A stretch of DNA of 64,000 bases, taken from positions 1,095,318 to 1,159,317 of the forward strand of contig JAXGNG010000001.1 of NCBI GenBank assembly GCA_040768125.1, read 5' to 3'. The position numbers and the translations under genes were made by a program. Shown piece after piece: positions 56,273-64,000 of this stretch (position 1 is its first letter; every line of letters starts with the position of its first letter). The stretch is from Spirochaetota bacterium (GTDB lineage: Bacteria > Spirochaetota > UBA4802 > UBA5550). The notes below the pieces were generated by a model that was not told the DNA's origin, searched no databases, and worked only from the letters and a program-made list of their open reading frames with translations.

Positions 56273-59017
56273 ATGACACGCTATAAAGGAAAAAAGACGA
56301 GATTCAACCCCGGGGGGATCAATGTTCCGTCGAAGCCCCCCCCCTCCGGGCCGGGAAGAATGGCCGGCATCATCCGAGGCATCGGGGAGGCCCTGCGCGA
56401 AATGGGCCGGTGGGCCGGCGCCCTCCTTTCCCGTGCCCGTGACCTTGTCCCGCGGTCCGCGACCCGGACCGGCGGTGCGCCGAAGGCCCGCCCTTCGCTT
56501 TTTGCGGGAGGGGGTTCCCGCCGATTCGCCATGCCAGGGGATTATCGGCCCGGGGGCATCGCCGGGGCGATTTCCTGGGTCATCGATCGCGCGGCGTCCC
56601 TTGTGAACGCCCTCCTGCGCTCCCCCGCGGCGATGATCGGCATAGGGGCGGGCATCATCCTCGCCTTCGGGATCATCCTCGCCATGGACTTCAGCAGGGT
56701 CCAGTCCCTGGCGAACTTCCAGCCGAACATGACCACGAAGATATACGACCGCCATGGCGTGCTGGTATCGGAGCTTTTTTCCCAGAAGCGCGAGGTGGTG
56801 CCCTACCGGAAGATCCCCGCCAACCTGGTCAACGCCTTTATCGCCATGGAGGACAACGAGTTTTATGACCACTGGGGAATCAACCCCAAGGGGATCACCC
56901 GTGCGTTTTTCGTGAACATCTTTTCGGGGAGGATCCGGCAGGGGGGGAGCACCATCACCCAGCAGCTCTCGAAGGTGCTTCTCACCTCGGGGAGGCGCAA
57001 CATCTATCGAAAGATCAAGGAGGCCTTCATCGCCGTCATGATGGAGTTCACCTACTCCAAGGACGAGATCATGGGGCTCTACCTGAACCAGATCTTCATG
57101 GGGCACGGCACCTACGGTGTCGAGGCCGCCGCCATGCTGTATTTCGACAAGCACGTCTGGCAGCTCAACCTGGCGGAGTGCGCCCTCCTGGCCACGCTTC
57201 CCGCGGCGCCGAACCAGTTTTCGCCGATCCGCCATCCGAAGCGGTCGATCAGCCGCCACAAGATCGCCCTGGCCCGGATGGTGGAGATGGGATTCATCAC
57301 GGTCCCCCAGGCCGAGCGCGCCTTTCTCGCCTTCTGGCCCGATTATCTCGACTACCTGAACGAGATATCCCCGACGATGACCACCATGAGCTCAAGGACA
57401 AACAGGGCCCCCTGGTTCACCGAGCACGTCCGGCGTCAGCTCGTAAAAAAGTACGGCAGGAAGATGGTATACGAGGAGGGACTCCAGGTCTATACCACCA
57501 TCGACCTGAAAAAGCAGCTCGCCGCACAGGAGGTCCTGAAGCGAAAGCTCGAGCAGCAGAGCGTGACGTCGGGAAGGCTGGCCTTCAGGAACGAGGATTA
57601 CATCGTGGACACCTACAGCGACATGGTCCAGATGTTCTCCTTTCTCTTTGACATGCCTCCCTTCAGGAGGAAGGGCTCACAGAAGCAGGAGAGGCTGAAT
57701 GCATTCATCAGGGACAACATCATCGAGGAGCTTGATGGCCTCAACCTTCTCGTGGGGACCGAGGACATCAGCCGTTTCCTCGAGGGCTACAAGTCGACTT
57801 ACCTCGAGGACAAGCAGCTCCAGAAGGTGGAGGGTTGCCTGGTGTCGATCGATCACCGGAACGGGTTCGTCGAGGCCATGGTGGGGGGGAGCGAATTCAC
57901 CTCGATCAACCAGCTGAACAGGGTCATGCAGTCGAAGCGCCAGCCGGGATCGGCGATCAAGCCACTCATATACGCGGCGGCGATCGAGAGCGGCGATTTC
58001 ACCGCTTCAACCGCCGTTCTCGATTCCCCCGTGGTCTTCCTGGACAGCGAAGCGGGTGACTGGATCCCCGAGAACTACGAGCGGGAGTATTCCGGCTTCG
58101 TGCGCCTTCGGAAGGCCCTGGCCCTTTCGATCAACGTGGTTTCGATTCGGGTCTCGCAGCAGCTCGGCATCGGCTACGTGATGGAGTACCTCGCCAGGCT
58201 GCTCAGGCTGACGCCGGCGGAAGCGAAGTCCAGGATTCCCAGGAATCTCTCCATCGCCCTCGGGTCCGTGGAGGTGAGCCCCCTGGAGCTCGCCACGGCC
58301 TACGCCATAATCGCCAACGGCGGGAAAAACGTGATCCCCTTTACCATACGCCAGGTGAAGGACCGCGACGGGAACATACTGGAGAACCGGGAGGAGGAAG
58401 TGGCCGGCATTCTCCGGGAAGAGGAAAAGAAGGGCACCATACAGGTCATCAGGCCGGAAACCGCCCAGGTCATGATCAGCATGATGCAGAGCGTAATCTC
58501 CGGCGGCACGGGGGGTTCCGCGAACCCCGGCAGGCCCGCCGCGGGAAAGACCGGCACCACCAACAACTGGAAGGACGCCTGGTTCGTGGGGTTCACTCCC
58601 GAGGTGACCACGGGAATATGGGTGGGTTACGACAAGATGGGGCTTTCCCTGGGAATAGGACAGGCCGGCGGCGGCGTCGCGGCCCCCATCTGGGGCGAGT
58701 ACATGCGCCTGGCCCTGAAAGATGAACCGGTACTTGAATTTCCCCAGTACGCTCCCCTTATTACCATCGACGTGTGCGAGGAGTCGGGACTGCTTCCCTC
58801 TCCCGAGTGCCGCTCGACCATCAGCGAGGTTTTCGTGCCCGGCGCCGTGCCGGAAAAAACGTGCGACATGTGCGCGGAGATCATGAGGGGCACGTGGATT
58901 CCCGAGAAGGGCCCCGCGGAGAATATACTCAGGGACCAGAAGCGGACCATACGGCGCCAGATGGAGAAGAAGGAGGAATCGATCATCGAGCATATCGATG
59001 ATGACCTCCTCAAGTGA
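56273..59017 (+). CDS. Class A penicillin-binding protein (PBP1A; glycosyltransferase GT51 + transpeptidase)
   Basis: GT51 motifs AFIAMEDNEFYDHWGINP, GGSTITQQLSK, RKIKEA. Transpeptidase SxxK (SAIKP), SxN (SIN) and KTG (KTGTT). Start may be internal (56360). Confidence 0.9.
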   Translation: MTRYKGKKTRFNPGGINVPSKPPPSGPGRMAGIIRGIGEALREMGRWAGALLSRARDLVPRSATRTGGAPKARPSLFAGGGSRRFAMPGDYRPGGIAGAISWVIDRAASLVNALLRSPAAMIGIGAGIILAFGIILAMDFSRVQSLANFQPNMTTKIYDRHGVLVSELFSQKREVVPYRKIPANLVNAFIAMEDNEFYDHWGINPKGITRAFFVNIFSGRIRQGGSTITQQLSKVLLTSGRRNIYRKIKEAFIAVMMEFTYSKDEIMGLYLNQIFMGHGTYGVEAAAMLYFDKHVWQLNLAECALLATLPAAPNQFSPIRHPKRSISRHKIALARMVEMGFITVPQAERAFLAFWPDYLDYLNEISPTMTTMSSRTNRAPWFTEHVRRQLVKKYGRKMVYEEGLQVYTTIDLKKQLAAQEVLKRKLEQQSVTSGRLAFRNEDYIVDTYSDMVQMFSFLFDMPPFRRKGSQKQERLNAFIRDNIIEELDGLNLLVGTEDISRFLEGYKSTYLEDKQLQKVEGCLVSIDHRNGFVEAMVGGSEFTSINQLNRVMQSKRQPGSAIKPLIYAAAIESGDFTASTAVLDSPVVFLDSEAGDWIPENYEREYSGFVRLRKALALSINVVSIRVSQQLGIGYVMEYLARLLRLTPAEAKSRIPRNLSIALGSVEVSPLELATAYAIIANGGKNVIPFTIRQVKDRDGNILENREEEVAGILREEEKKGTIQVIRPETAQVMISMMQSVISGGTGGSANPGRPAAGKTGTTNNWKDAWFVGFTPEVTTGIWVGYDKMGLSLGIGQAGGGVAAPIWGEYMRLALKDEPVLEFPQYAPLITIDVCEESGLLPSPECRSTISEVFVPGAVPEKTCDMCAEIMRGTWIPEKGPAENILRDQKRTIRRQMEKKEESIIEHIDDDLLK

Positions 59018-59127
59018 GCGCCCGGCAACAGGTTACCCGCGGAGCCGGGGTGCCGCGCACACTGCCGGCCCGCCGGAGAAGGGGCGGGACTCCCGGTCCC
59101 GGCCACTACCAACCTGGAGGATGCGCA

Positions 59128-59691
59128 ATGGAAACCGGCCACATGATCCTGAGGCGGGAGGAGACCGCCCTTGTCGTCATTGATATCCAGGAAAAGCTCG
59201 CCGCCGCCATGGAGAAGGAACCGGCGGAGCGGATGATCGCGAACGCCGTCATCCTCATCGAAACGGCGAAAGAGCTTGGTCTTCCCATCGTGGTGTCCGA
59301 GCAGTACCGGAAGGGCCTCGGGCCCACGGTGCCCGACGTCGCCGCGGCGCTCGGCGGCGTCGAGGCCCTGGAGAAGCTTCATTTCGACTGCATGGGGGAC
59401 GACGCCCTCGCCGCGCGCATCGGCGCGACGGGCCGGGGGCACTTCATCCTCGCCGGCATCGAGGCCCACGTCTGCGTGTTCCAGACGGCCCTCTCGCTCC
59501 TGGGGAAGGGAAGGCGCGTCACCGTGGCGAGCGACGCCACGGCGTCACGGAGAAAGCACGACTGGGAGTACGCCCTGCGCGCCCTCGGGGCGGGCGGCGC
59601 GACGGTCTATCCCACGGAAACGATATCCTTCATGCTGATGGAGCGGGCCGGGACCCCGGAGTTCAAGCGCCTCGCCCCGCTGTTCAAGTGA
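59128..59691 (+). CDS. Isochorismatase-family (cysteine hydrolase) protein
   Basis: LVVIDIQEKL...(D)...K...ILAGIEAHVCV catalytic D/K/C triad pattern. GGAGGA RBS; track start 59014 is over-extended. Confidence 0.8.
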   Translation: METGHMILRREETALVVIDIQEKLAAAMEKEPAERMIANAVILIETAKELGLPIVVSEQYRKGLGPTVPDVAAALGGVEALEKLHFDCMGDDALAARIGATGRGHFILAGIEAHVCVFQTALSLLGKGRRVTVASDATASRRKHDWEYALRALGAGGATVYPTETISFMLMERAGTPEFKRLAPLFK

Positions 59692-59707
59692 GGGCGCGCC
59701 GCGGCGG

Positions 59708-60676
59708 CTAGAGGAGGCGCTTCATCCGGAGAATGTTTCGCCCCTCGAATTCTCCTGCGGGGACGAACTGGTTCATGAGGCCCGCGGGGGTGAAGAGCAG
59801 TATCTCGTCGGTGAGGTAGAACCCCCCGGGCTCCGCGTATTTCTGTCCCAGGTGGAACACCGAGTTAATCGAGTCGGATATGATGGTCCCCGTCTGGCCC
59901 TTGGCCTTGTAGACGGTGTTGCCGATGTGCATGGCGATCCGGTAGGAGAGGTTGATGTCGAGGTTGATCAGCTCGGCGCTCATGAGCATCCGGTTCACCA
60001 TAAGCCTGACGCCGGCCTCGATGGCGTCGCATTTTTTCCCGTCGAAGGGGAAGAGGATAAGGCCCCCGAAGTCCATCCATATCCATATCCTGCCGCTGAA
60101 GGGGGCCACGGCCTGCTCGATGTAGTTCTTAAAAGCGGTGGTGATCGCGGTGAACTGTTCCGGCCCCCCTGCCTTCAAATCGTTCCTGTTGTCCAGGTCC
60201 ACGAGCATGAAGCAGAAGGTGTACTCCTTCCCCTGCTGGACGCCCTTCCAGTCCTTCCCCGACGGGGTGTAGTTCCTGCGCGCCGTCGCCGCGGCCTGGT
60301 CGGCCCCTTCGACGGCCTTGAATTTCTCGATACGCTCGATGCGCTTCGGCTGCAGGCCCTTCTTGAGGAGGGCGGCATCGAGGTAGTCGGAAGCGCCGTC
60401 ATGGAAGAGCCCGGCGATGTCGCCCGCGGTTCCCTTCGCGTCAATGATCCCGTAGCGGCACGCGTCCTGTTTTGCCAGGTACTTCATGGCCTGCGCCGCG
60501 TCCGCTTTCGCCATCGTGGAGATGTCCAGGTAGACCACCGATCCCTTCGGCGCCTTCGAGACGGTTTTTTTCATGCCGGATGGGGGCTGGACGACCAGCT
60601 CGTATTTCTTCGATTTCTTCAGCGCCTCGAAGTTCTTCTCGATTCCCTTCGCGGTAGAAAACAGGTAGACTATCAT
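59708..60676 (-). CDS. Atypical receiver-like N-domain + divergent palm domain (GGDEF/class-III cyclase-like, degenerate motif) - paralogue B
   Basis: N-terminus has a REC-like pattern (MIVYLFS...VVYLDIS...GASDYLDAAL) but lacks the acidic DD pair. C-terminal half FMLVDLDNRNDL...GRIWIWMDFGGLILFPF...RIAMHIGNTVY...ISDSINSVFHL aligns to the GGDEF/cyclase palm with GGDEF replaced by MDFGG. Confidence 0.6.
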   Translation of the reverse strand: MIVYLFSTAKGIEKNFEALKKSKKYELVVQPPSGMKKTVSKAPKGSVVYLDISTMAKADAAQAMKYLAKQDACRYGIIDAKGTAGDIAGLFHDGASDYLDAALLKKGLQPKRIERIEKFKAVEGADQAAATARRNYTPSGKDWKGVQQGKEYTFCFMLVDLDNRNDLKAGGPEQFTAITTAFKNYIEQAVAPFSGRIWIWMDFGGLILFPFDGKKCDAIEAGVRLMVNRMLMSAELINLDINLSYRIAMHIGNTVYKAKGQTGTIISDSINSVFHLGQKYAEPGGFYLTDEILLFTPAGLMNQFVPAGEFEGRNILRMKRLL

Positions 60677-61603
60677 TTACTGTTCCATCCGTATGCTGTA
60701 GGAGTGATACCGGGCGCCGCTGGCGTCGGTCGACATTTCAAATCCCTTGAGCAGCGAGGCGTCCAGCTTGGAGCCCACCGCGTTGCTTATGGTCATGGCA
60801 TTGGGCCTGGTGTGTTTCGATTCGATCATGACCACTTCCTTTATCGAGTCCTCTTTCAGCAGCTCCTCGATATCCTGGGTGTACTGGCAGAGGCCGGTGT
60901 GGATGGCGACGCGTACCTTGATCGGCTCTGGGAGCCTGCAGTGGAGGAGGTTGTAGATGAAGAGCTCGTTGATTATCTCCATGCCGCTCAGGGTCGCCAG
61001 AAGGTTCTTGTTGGCGAAATAGAAGGCCACCAGGCCGCCGTCTCCTTCCCAGTTCCATATCCGCCCGTTTCTTTTTTCTATGGCCTTCTCGACGATTTTT
61101 CGAAGGTCCCCGTAGGTTGCCTGGATGAGGTTGTCGGAATACTTGCGCACCAGCTGTGAATTGCCCGCGATGTCGAGCCTCAGGAAGGAAAGTGAATATT
61201 CATGGCCCTCCAGGAACGCCCCCCAGTTCCTGGTGCGCCTCACCGAGGGGTCCTCGACGAAGAGCCTGTTTTCCGGGTCGTAGATATAGCCCAGCTCCGT
61301 GTTGACCAGCTTGACAATATCCTTCAAATACTTGATCGGGTAGATCCTGCCCTTGTATCCCGAGGTGTGGAGCTGTATCAGCAGGGCGATGAAGTAGAAG
61401 AATTTTCCCGATTTCACCATGTCCTGGACGATTTGCCGCGCCGCGTCCCGCTGGGGTATCACCATGCTCTCACGGAATCCCGTTCTCGCGTAGAGGTCGT
61501 AGCCGTCAATGATGTCCTTTGCCACGTGGGTCATCAGGTTCACGTCCATTGATTCCGAAAAAGCCCGGGTGGCGAGGGATACAATGCTGCTGGGGATCTG
61601 CAT
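60677..61603 (-). CDS. Unknown N-domain + divergent palm domain (GGDEF/class-III cyclase-like) - paralogue A, abutting paralogue B
   Basis: C-terminal half FLRLDIAGNSQL...GRIWNWEGDGGLVAFYF...RVAIHTGLCQY...ISNAVGSKLDASL is clearly homologous to the downstream gene. Its stop is immediately adjacent to paralogue B's start (0-nt gap). Confidence 0.6.
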   Translation of the reverse strand: MQIPSSIVSLATRAFSESMDVNLMTHVAKDIIDGYDLYARTGFRESMVIPQRDAARQIVQDMVKSGKFFYFIALLIQLHTSGYKGRIYPIKYLKDIVKLVNTELGYIYDPENRLFVEDPSVRRTRNWGAFLEGHEYSLSFLRLDIAGNSQLVRKYSDNLIQATYGDLRKIVEKAIEKRNGRIWNWEGDGGLVAFYFANKNLLATLSGMEIINELFIYNLLHCRLPEPIKVRVAIHTGLCQYTQDIEELLKEDSIKEVVMIESKHTRPNAMTISNAVGSKLDASLLKGFEMSTDASGARYHSYSIRMEQ

Positions 61604-61687
61604 GGCGCGGTTCCTTTCCTGGTGTCGTTTCTTTCCTCAGAATAGCCGACCTGCCCGGTAAGGTCAAGAAGAATTATCTCCTTCCTC

Positions 61688-62437
61688 TCAGGCGGGCATC
61701 GTATCCCATCGTATTGCCCTCCCGTCGAATACGGGGCCGTCGACGCAGGAACGGCACGGTCCCCGGTCGGTGTCGATTGAGCATCCGGAGCAGAGGCCCG
61801 TGCCGCAGCCGAAGTAGTTTTCCACGGATACCTCGACGGGGATTCCTCCTGCCAGGTCCGCGACGGCGCGCATCATCGGCGCGGGCCCGCATGCGTATAT
61901 ACGATCGAAGCGCTCCACCGGTATGATCCGGGACGCCAGGTCGGTCACCATCCCCTTTTCTCCCGCTGAACCGTCATCCGTGACGACGATGAACCGGCGT
62001 GCCGCGCGCCGGAACCGCTCTTCCATGAATACCTGGCCCGCGGTGCGGGCCCCGTAGAGATAGGTGATGTCGCACCCGGATTTCGCGAGCTCAAGGGCCA
62101 GGTAGTGAAGGGGGGCGTTTCCCACGCCGCCCCCGGCGATGAGGACGCGTCCCTTCGACACGGAAAAGCCCCTCCCCAGGGGACCGATGACATCGATGGG
62201 ACCTGGGGACCGGGATGAAAGGAGTTCCGTGCCGCGGCCCACGGTCTTCACGACGATGCCGATTTCCGTCCCTTCATGGCTGAAGATCGAGAATGGCCTC
62301 CGGAGAAGGGGATCGAATCCCTCCCTCACCCTGATGTTGATGAACTGCCCCGGGGCGGACGTGCGCGACCCGGCTTCGAGGAGCAGGAGATGGTGGCCCT
62401 CGGCCACGGGGACTGGTGCTTCTTTCAGTATGAACAT
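61688..62437 (-). CDS. PyrK-family FAD/NAD(P)-binding oxidoreductase with C-terminal 2Fe-2S cluster motif
   Basis: RRPFSI flavin-binding motif, GGGVGNAPL NAD-binding glycine motif, and C-terminal CGTGLCSGCSI...C cysteines as in dihydroorotate-dehydrogenase electron-transfer subunits. No pyrD is adjacent. Start MFILKEAPV at 62437. Confidence 0.7.
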   Translation of the reverse strand: MFILKEAPVPVAEGHHLLLLEAGSRTSAPGQFINIRVREGFDPLLRRPFSIFSHEGTEIGIVVKTVGRGTELLSSRSPGPIDVIGPLGRGFSVSKGRVLIAGGGVGNAPLHYLALELAKSGCDITYLYGARTAGQVFMEERFRRAARRFIVVTDDGSAGEKGMVTDLASRIIPVERFDRIYACGPAPMMRAVADLAGGIPVEVSVENYFGCGTGLCSGCSIDTDRGPCRSCVDGPVFDGRAIRWDTMPA

Positions 62438-62691
62438 GCCGCTACTCTCGCTGGCGGTGCGGCGGGGACACGGCGCTTCGTTTCCGCGCGGAGTCCCCGC
62501 GGGGCTTTTTTCAGCCACGTATAGCTGTATCTTCCGGAGGTATGGGCGGTCAAGAAAAAATCACCCCGGTTCCGCAAATGACGTCGCGGGTCCAACCCCG
62601 TTTATGTCGTGAAAAATCTAATTTTTCGAGGTGCCCATAAATTAATTGACAACAGGGGGGGTATCCCGCCTTGTAACAGAATCGTTGTTCA

Positions 62692-62763
62692 GCCCCCGTA
62701 GCTCAGTGGATAGAGCGGTGGCCTCCGGAGCCATGTGCGTACGTTCGATTCGTACCGGGGGCG
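62692..62763 (+). tRNA. tRNA-Arg (anticodon CCG)
   Basis: Cloverleaf: acceptor GCCCCCG/CGGGGGC; D-arm GCTC-AGTGGATA-GAGC; anticodon arm GTGGC-CTCCGGA-GCCAT (U33, CCG, G37); T-arm GTACG-TTCGATT-CGTAC; discriminator G. CCA is not encoded. Confidence 0.9.
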
Positions 62764-62767
62764 GAGC

Positions 62768-63358
62768 CTAGCATGACCTCCCGAGGGTGCGTTCCGCCAG
62801 AACAGTATAGCGCGGCCCCGTCCGATCAAGATCCGACCTGAAGAGCACGACTCTGTCGAAAACCGATTCCCCGTAGCGCGCGTCCCTCCGTGACGACAGG
62901 TAATCCCCGAGGCTACCCGGCACCCTCGCGCCGCGCCGCAGGCGCGCCATGGTAAGGTGGGGACGGAAAGCCCTCGTTTCGGCGGCGAAGCCGTGGGATG
63001 CGCAGAGGTCCTCCATGGGCGCGCGGATCTTTTCCATGGCCTGCGGATCGACCCTGAGGCCGCACCATATGACCCTGGGCGCGGAAGTGCCGGGGAAAGC
63101 GCCCAGGCCCTCCATGAGGAAGGGGAGGGGGGGGACGGCGACGAGGTCAAGGGAGAGAAAGCCGTCGATGATTCGCCGCGTTGTTTCCCCGGGGGTGTCG
63201 CCGAGGAATTTCAGGGTGACGTGGTAATGATCGGGCGCCACGGGACGGAGTATGCGCGGAAAGCGCGCGAGTTCCTCCCGGACGCCCGCGAGGCAGTCGC
63301 CGGCTTCCCCGATGGGTAGGGCGAAGAAAAGGCGGAGCGGTCCCTCCGTGGGCGTCAT
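62768..63358 (-). CDS. thpR: RNA 2',3'-cyclic phosphodiesterase ThpR (2H phosphoesterase, LigT-like)
   Basis: Two H-x-T/S-x motifs HVTLKF and HLTMAR at the expected spacing. Confidence 0.8.
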   Translation of the reverse strand: MTPTEGPLRLFFALPIGEAGDCLAGVREELARFPRILRPVAPDHYHVTLKFLGDTPGETTRRIIDGFLSLDLVAVPPLPFLMEGLGAFPGTSAPRVIWCGLRVDPQAMEKIRAPMEDLCASHGFAAETRAFRPHLTMARLRRGARVPGSLGDYLSSRRDARYGESVFDRVVLFRSDLDRTGPRYTVLAERTLGRSC

Positions 63359-63921
63359 GACCTTCCTTCCGCCGCCGTGACGCGCCGTTCGATCACCTCG
63401 AAGGGAAACTCGACGCTCCTCGTTCTCCCCGTGGCGTCTACGGTGAAGCGGAGGGTAAACCGCCGGGAGGATGAGGGGATCCTGTCGAAGGCGATCAATC
63501 CCGCCATGGCGTCGCGGGGGGGAATGAAATCGAGCCTTGATTCGACCGTGTCAGCCTTCGGATCGGTCTCCGACCATGAGGCGCCTTCCTCCAGGAGCCT
63601 CCGGACGGAGAAAACGGCCGCCGGATCGCAGTCGGAATGGCGGGGCGGCGAGAGGCGCGCGCGGAGGGTGCCGATGTCCAGTGACGCGGCGATTCCCCCG
63701 GCGTGCACCAGCTCCGCCCGTTCAACCCTGATGGGCATGTCAACGGTGCTTCGGATGATCACGTGAAAGACGACGAGAGGCGAGAGACGGCCGGAAACGC
63801 ATCGCCGTCCCTCCCTCGTCCGTCCCAGGAGGCGGCGCAGGGAATCCTCGCGGAGATGCTCCACCGCTATGTCGCAGTACACGCTTCTCACCAGGGCCGG
63901 GCCTTCTTCGGTGATTTCCAC
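63355..63921 (-). CDS. Hypothetical protein (start uncertain; may extend beyond window)
   Basis: Coding-like ORF overlapping the thpR start by 4 nt. No motifs recognised. Confidence 0.35.
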   Translation of the reverse strand: MEITEEGPALVRSVYCDIAVEHLREDSLRRLLGRTREGRRCVSGRLSPLVVFHVIIRSTVDMPIRVERAELVHAGGIAASLDIGTLRARLSPPRHSDCDPAAVFSVRRLLEEGASWSETDPKADTVESRLDFIPPRDAMAGLIAFDRIPSSSRRFTLRFTVDATGRTRSVEFPFEVIERRVTAAEGRS

Positions 63922-64000
63922 GCCCGGACGGTCAAGGGGGCGGGGGAATCGCTCAAGGGCCGGGGTGGCGCAGGAAATCGCCCAGGCGCACAGGATGATG

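Noticed and set aside
62646-62691. TTGACA upstream of tRNA-Arg as its promoter, and the tRNA as an integration hotspot
   Set aside because: No -10 at 16-19 nt spacing could be matched convincingly. No integrase, att repeats or partial tRNA duplication were found nearby to support an integrated element.
1-64000. CRISPR arrays, rRNA genes, phage structural or integrase genes
   Set aside because: No regularly spaced direct repeats, no rRNA-like segments and no recognisable phage/integrase ORFs were seen. The only clear mobile elements are the IS30 copy and the vapBC module.

Overview
This is a high-GC (~65%) bacterial chromosomal segment. Its backbone is the ribosome/RNA-processing operon rimP-nusA-infB-rbfA-truB-rpsO-pnp followed by an M16 peptidase (4.2-13.9 kb), flanked by accessory and signalling loci. 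Gene content (hgcAB, class-A flavodiiron protein, many PAS/HWE sensor kinases, MCP, bactofilin) suggests an anaerobic, Desulfobacterota-like organism. Compositionally distinct AT-rich islands mark a complete IS30-family element (3.04-4.15 kb), a vapBC toxin-antitoxin pair (32.3-33.1 kb), a membrane sensor-like gene (15.9-16.7 kb) and two divergent promoter regions (37.65-37.85 kb and 40.4-40.73 kb). The most notable locus is a same-strand gene string hgcA-hgcB-arsR-arsP_1 permease-Trx-like-acr3-(vapBC)-arsC at 31.8-37.6 kb. This places the mercury-methylation pair inside an arsenic-resistance operon, divergent from a flavodiiron gene that carries a textbook class-II CRP/FNR-type site. Other items worth follow-up are a GNAT-HDAC writer/eraser fusion next to an MCP, two tandem paralogous palm-domain (GGDEF/cyclase-like) proteins, a multi-TM protein with a C-terminal Cys/His module, a FlgM-like small ORF below the ORF-track cutoff, a tRNA-Arg(CCG), and a structured leader upstream of a hybrid PAS kinase. 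Many long ORFs in the six-frame track are antisense high-GC artefacts or N-terminally over-extended (the track uses GTG/TTG starts); real starts are proposed where the sequence supports them.
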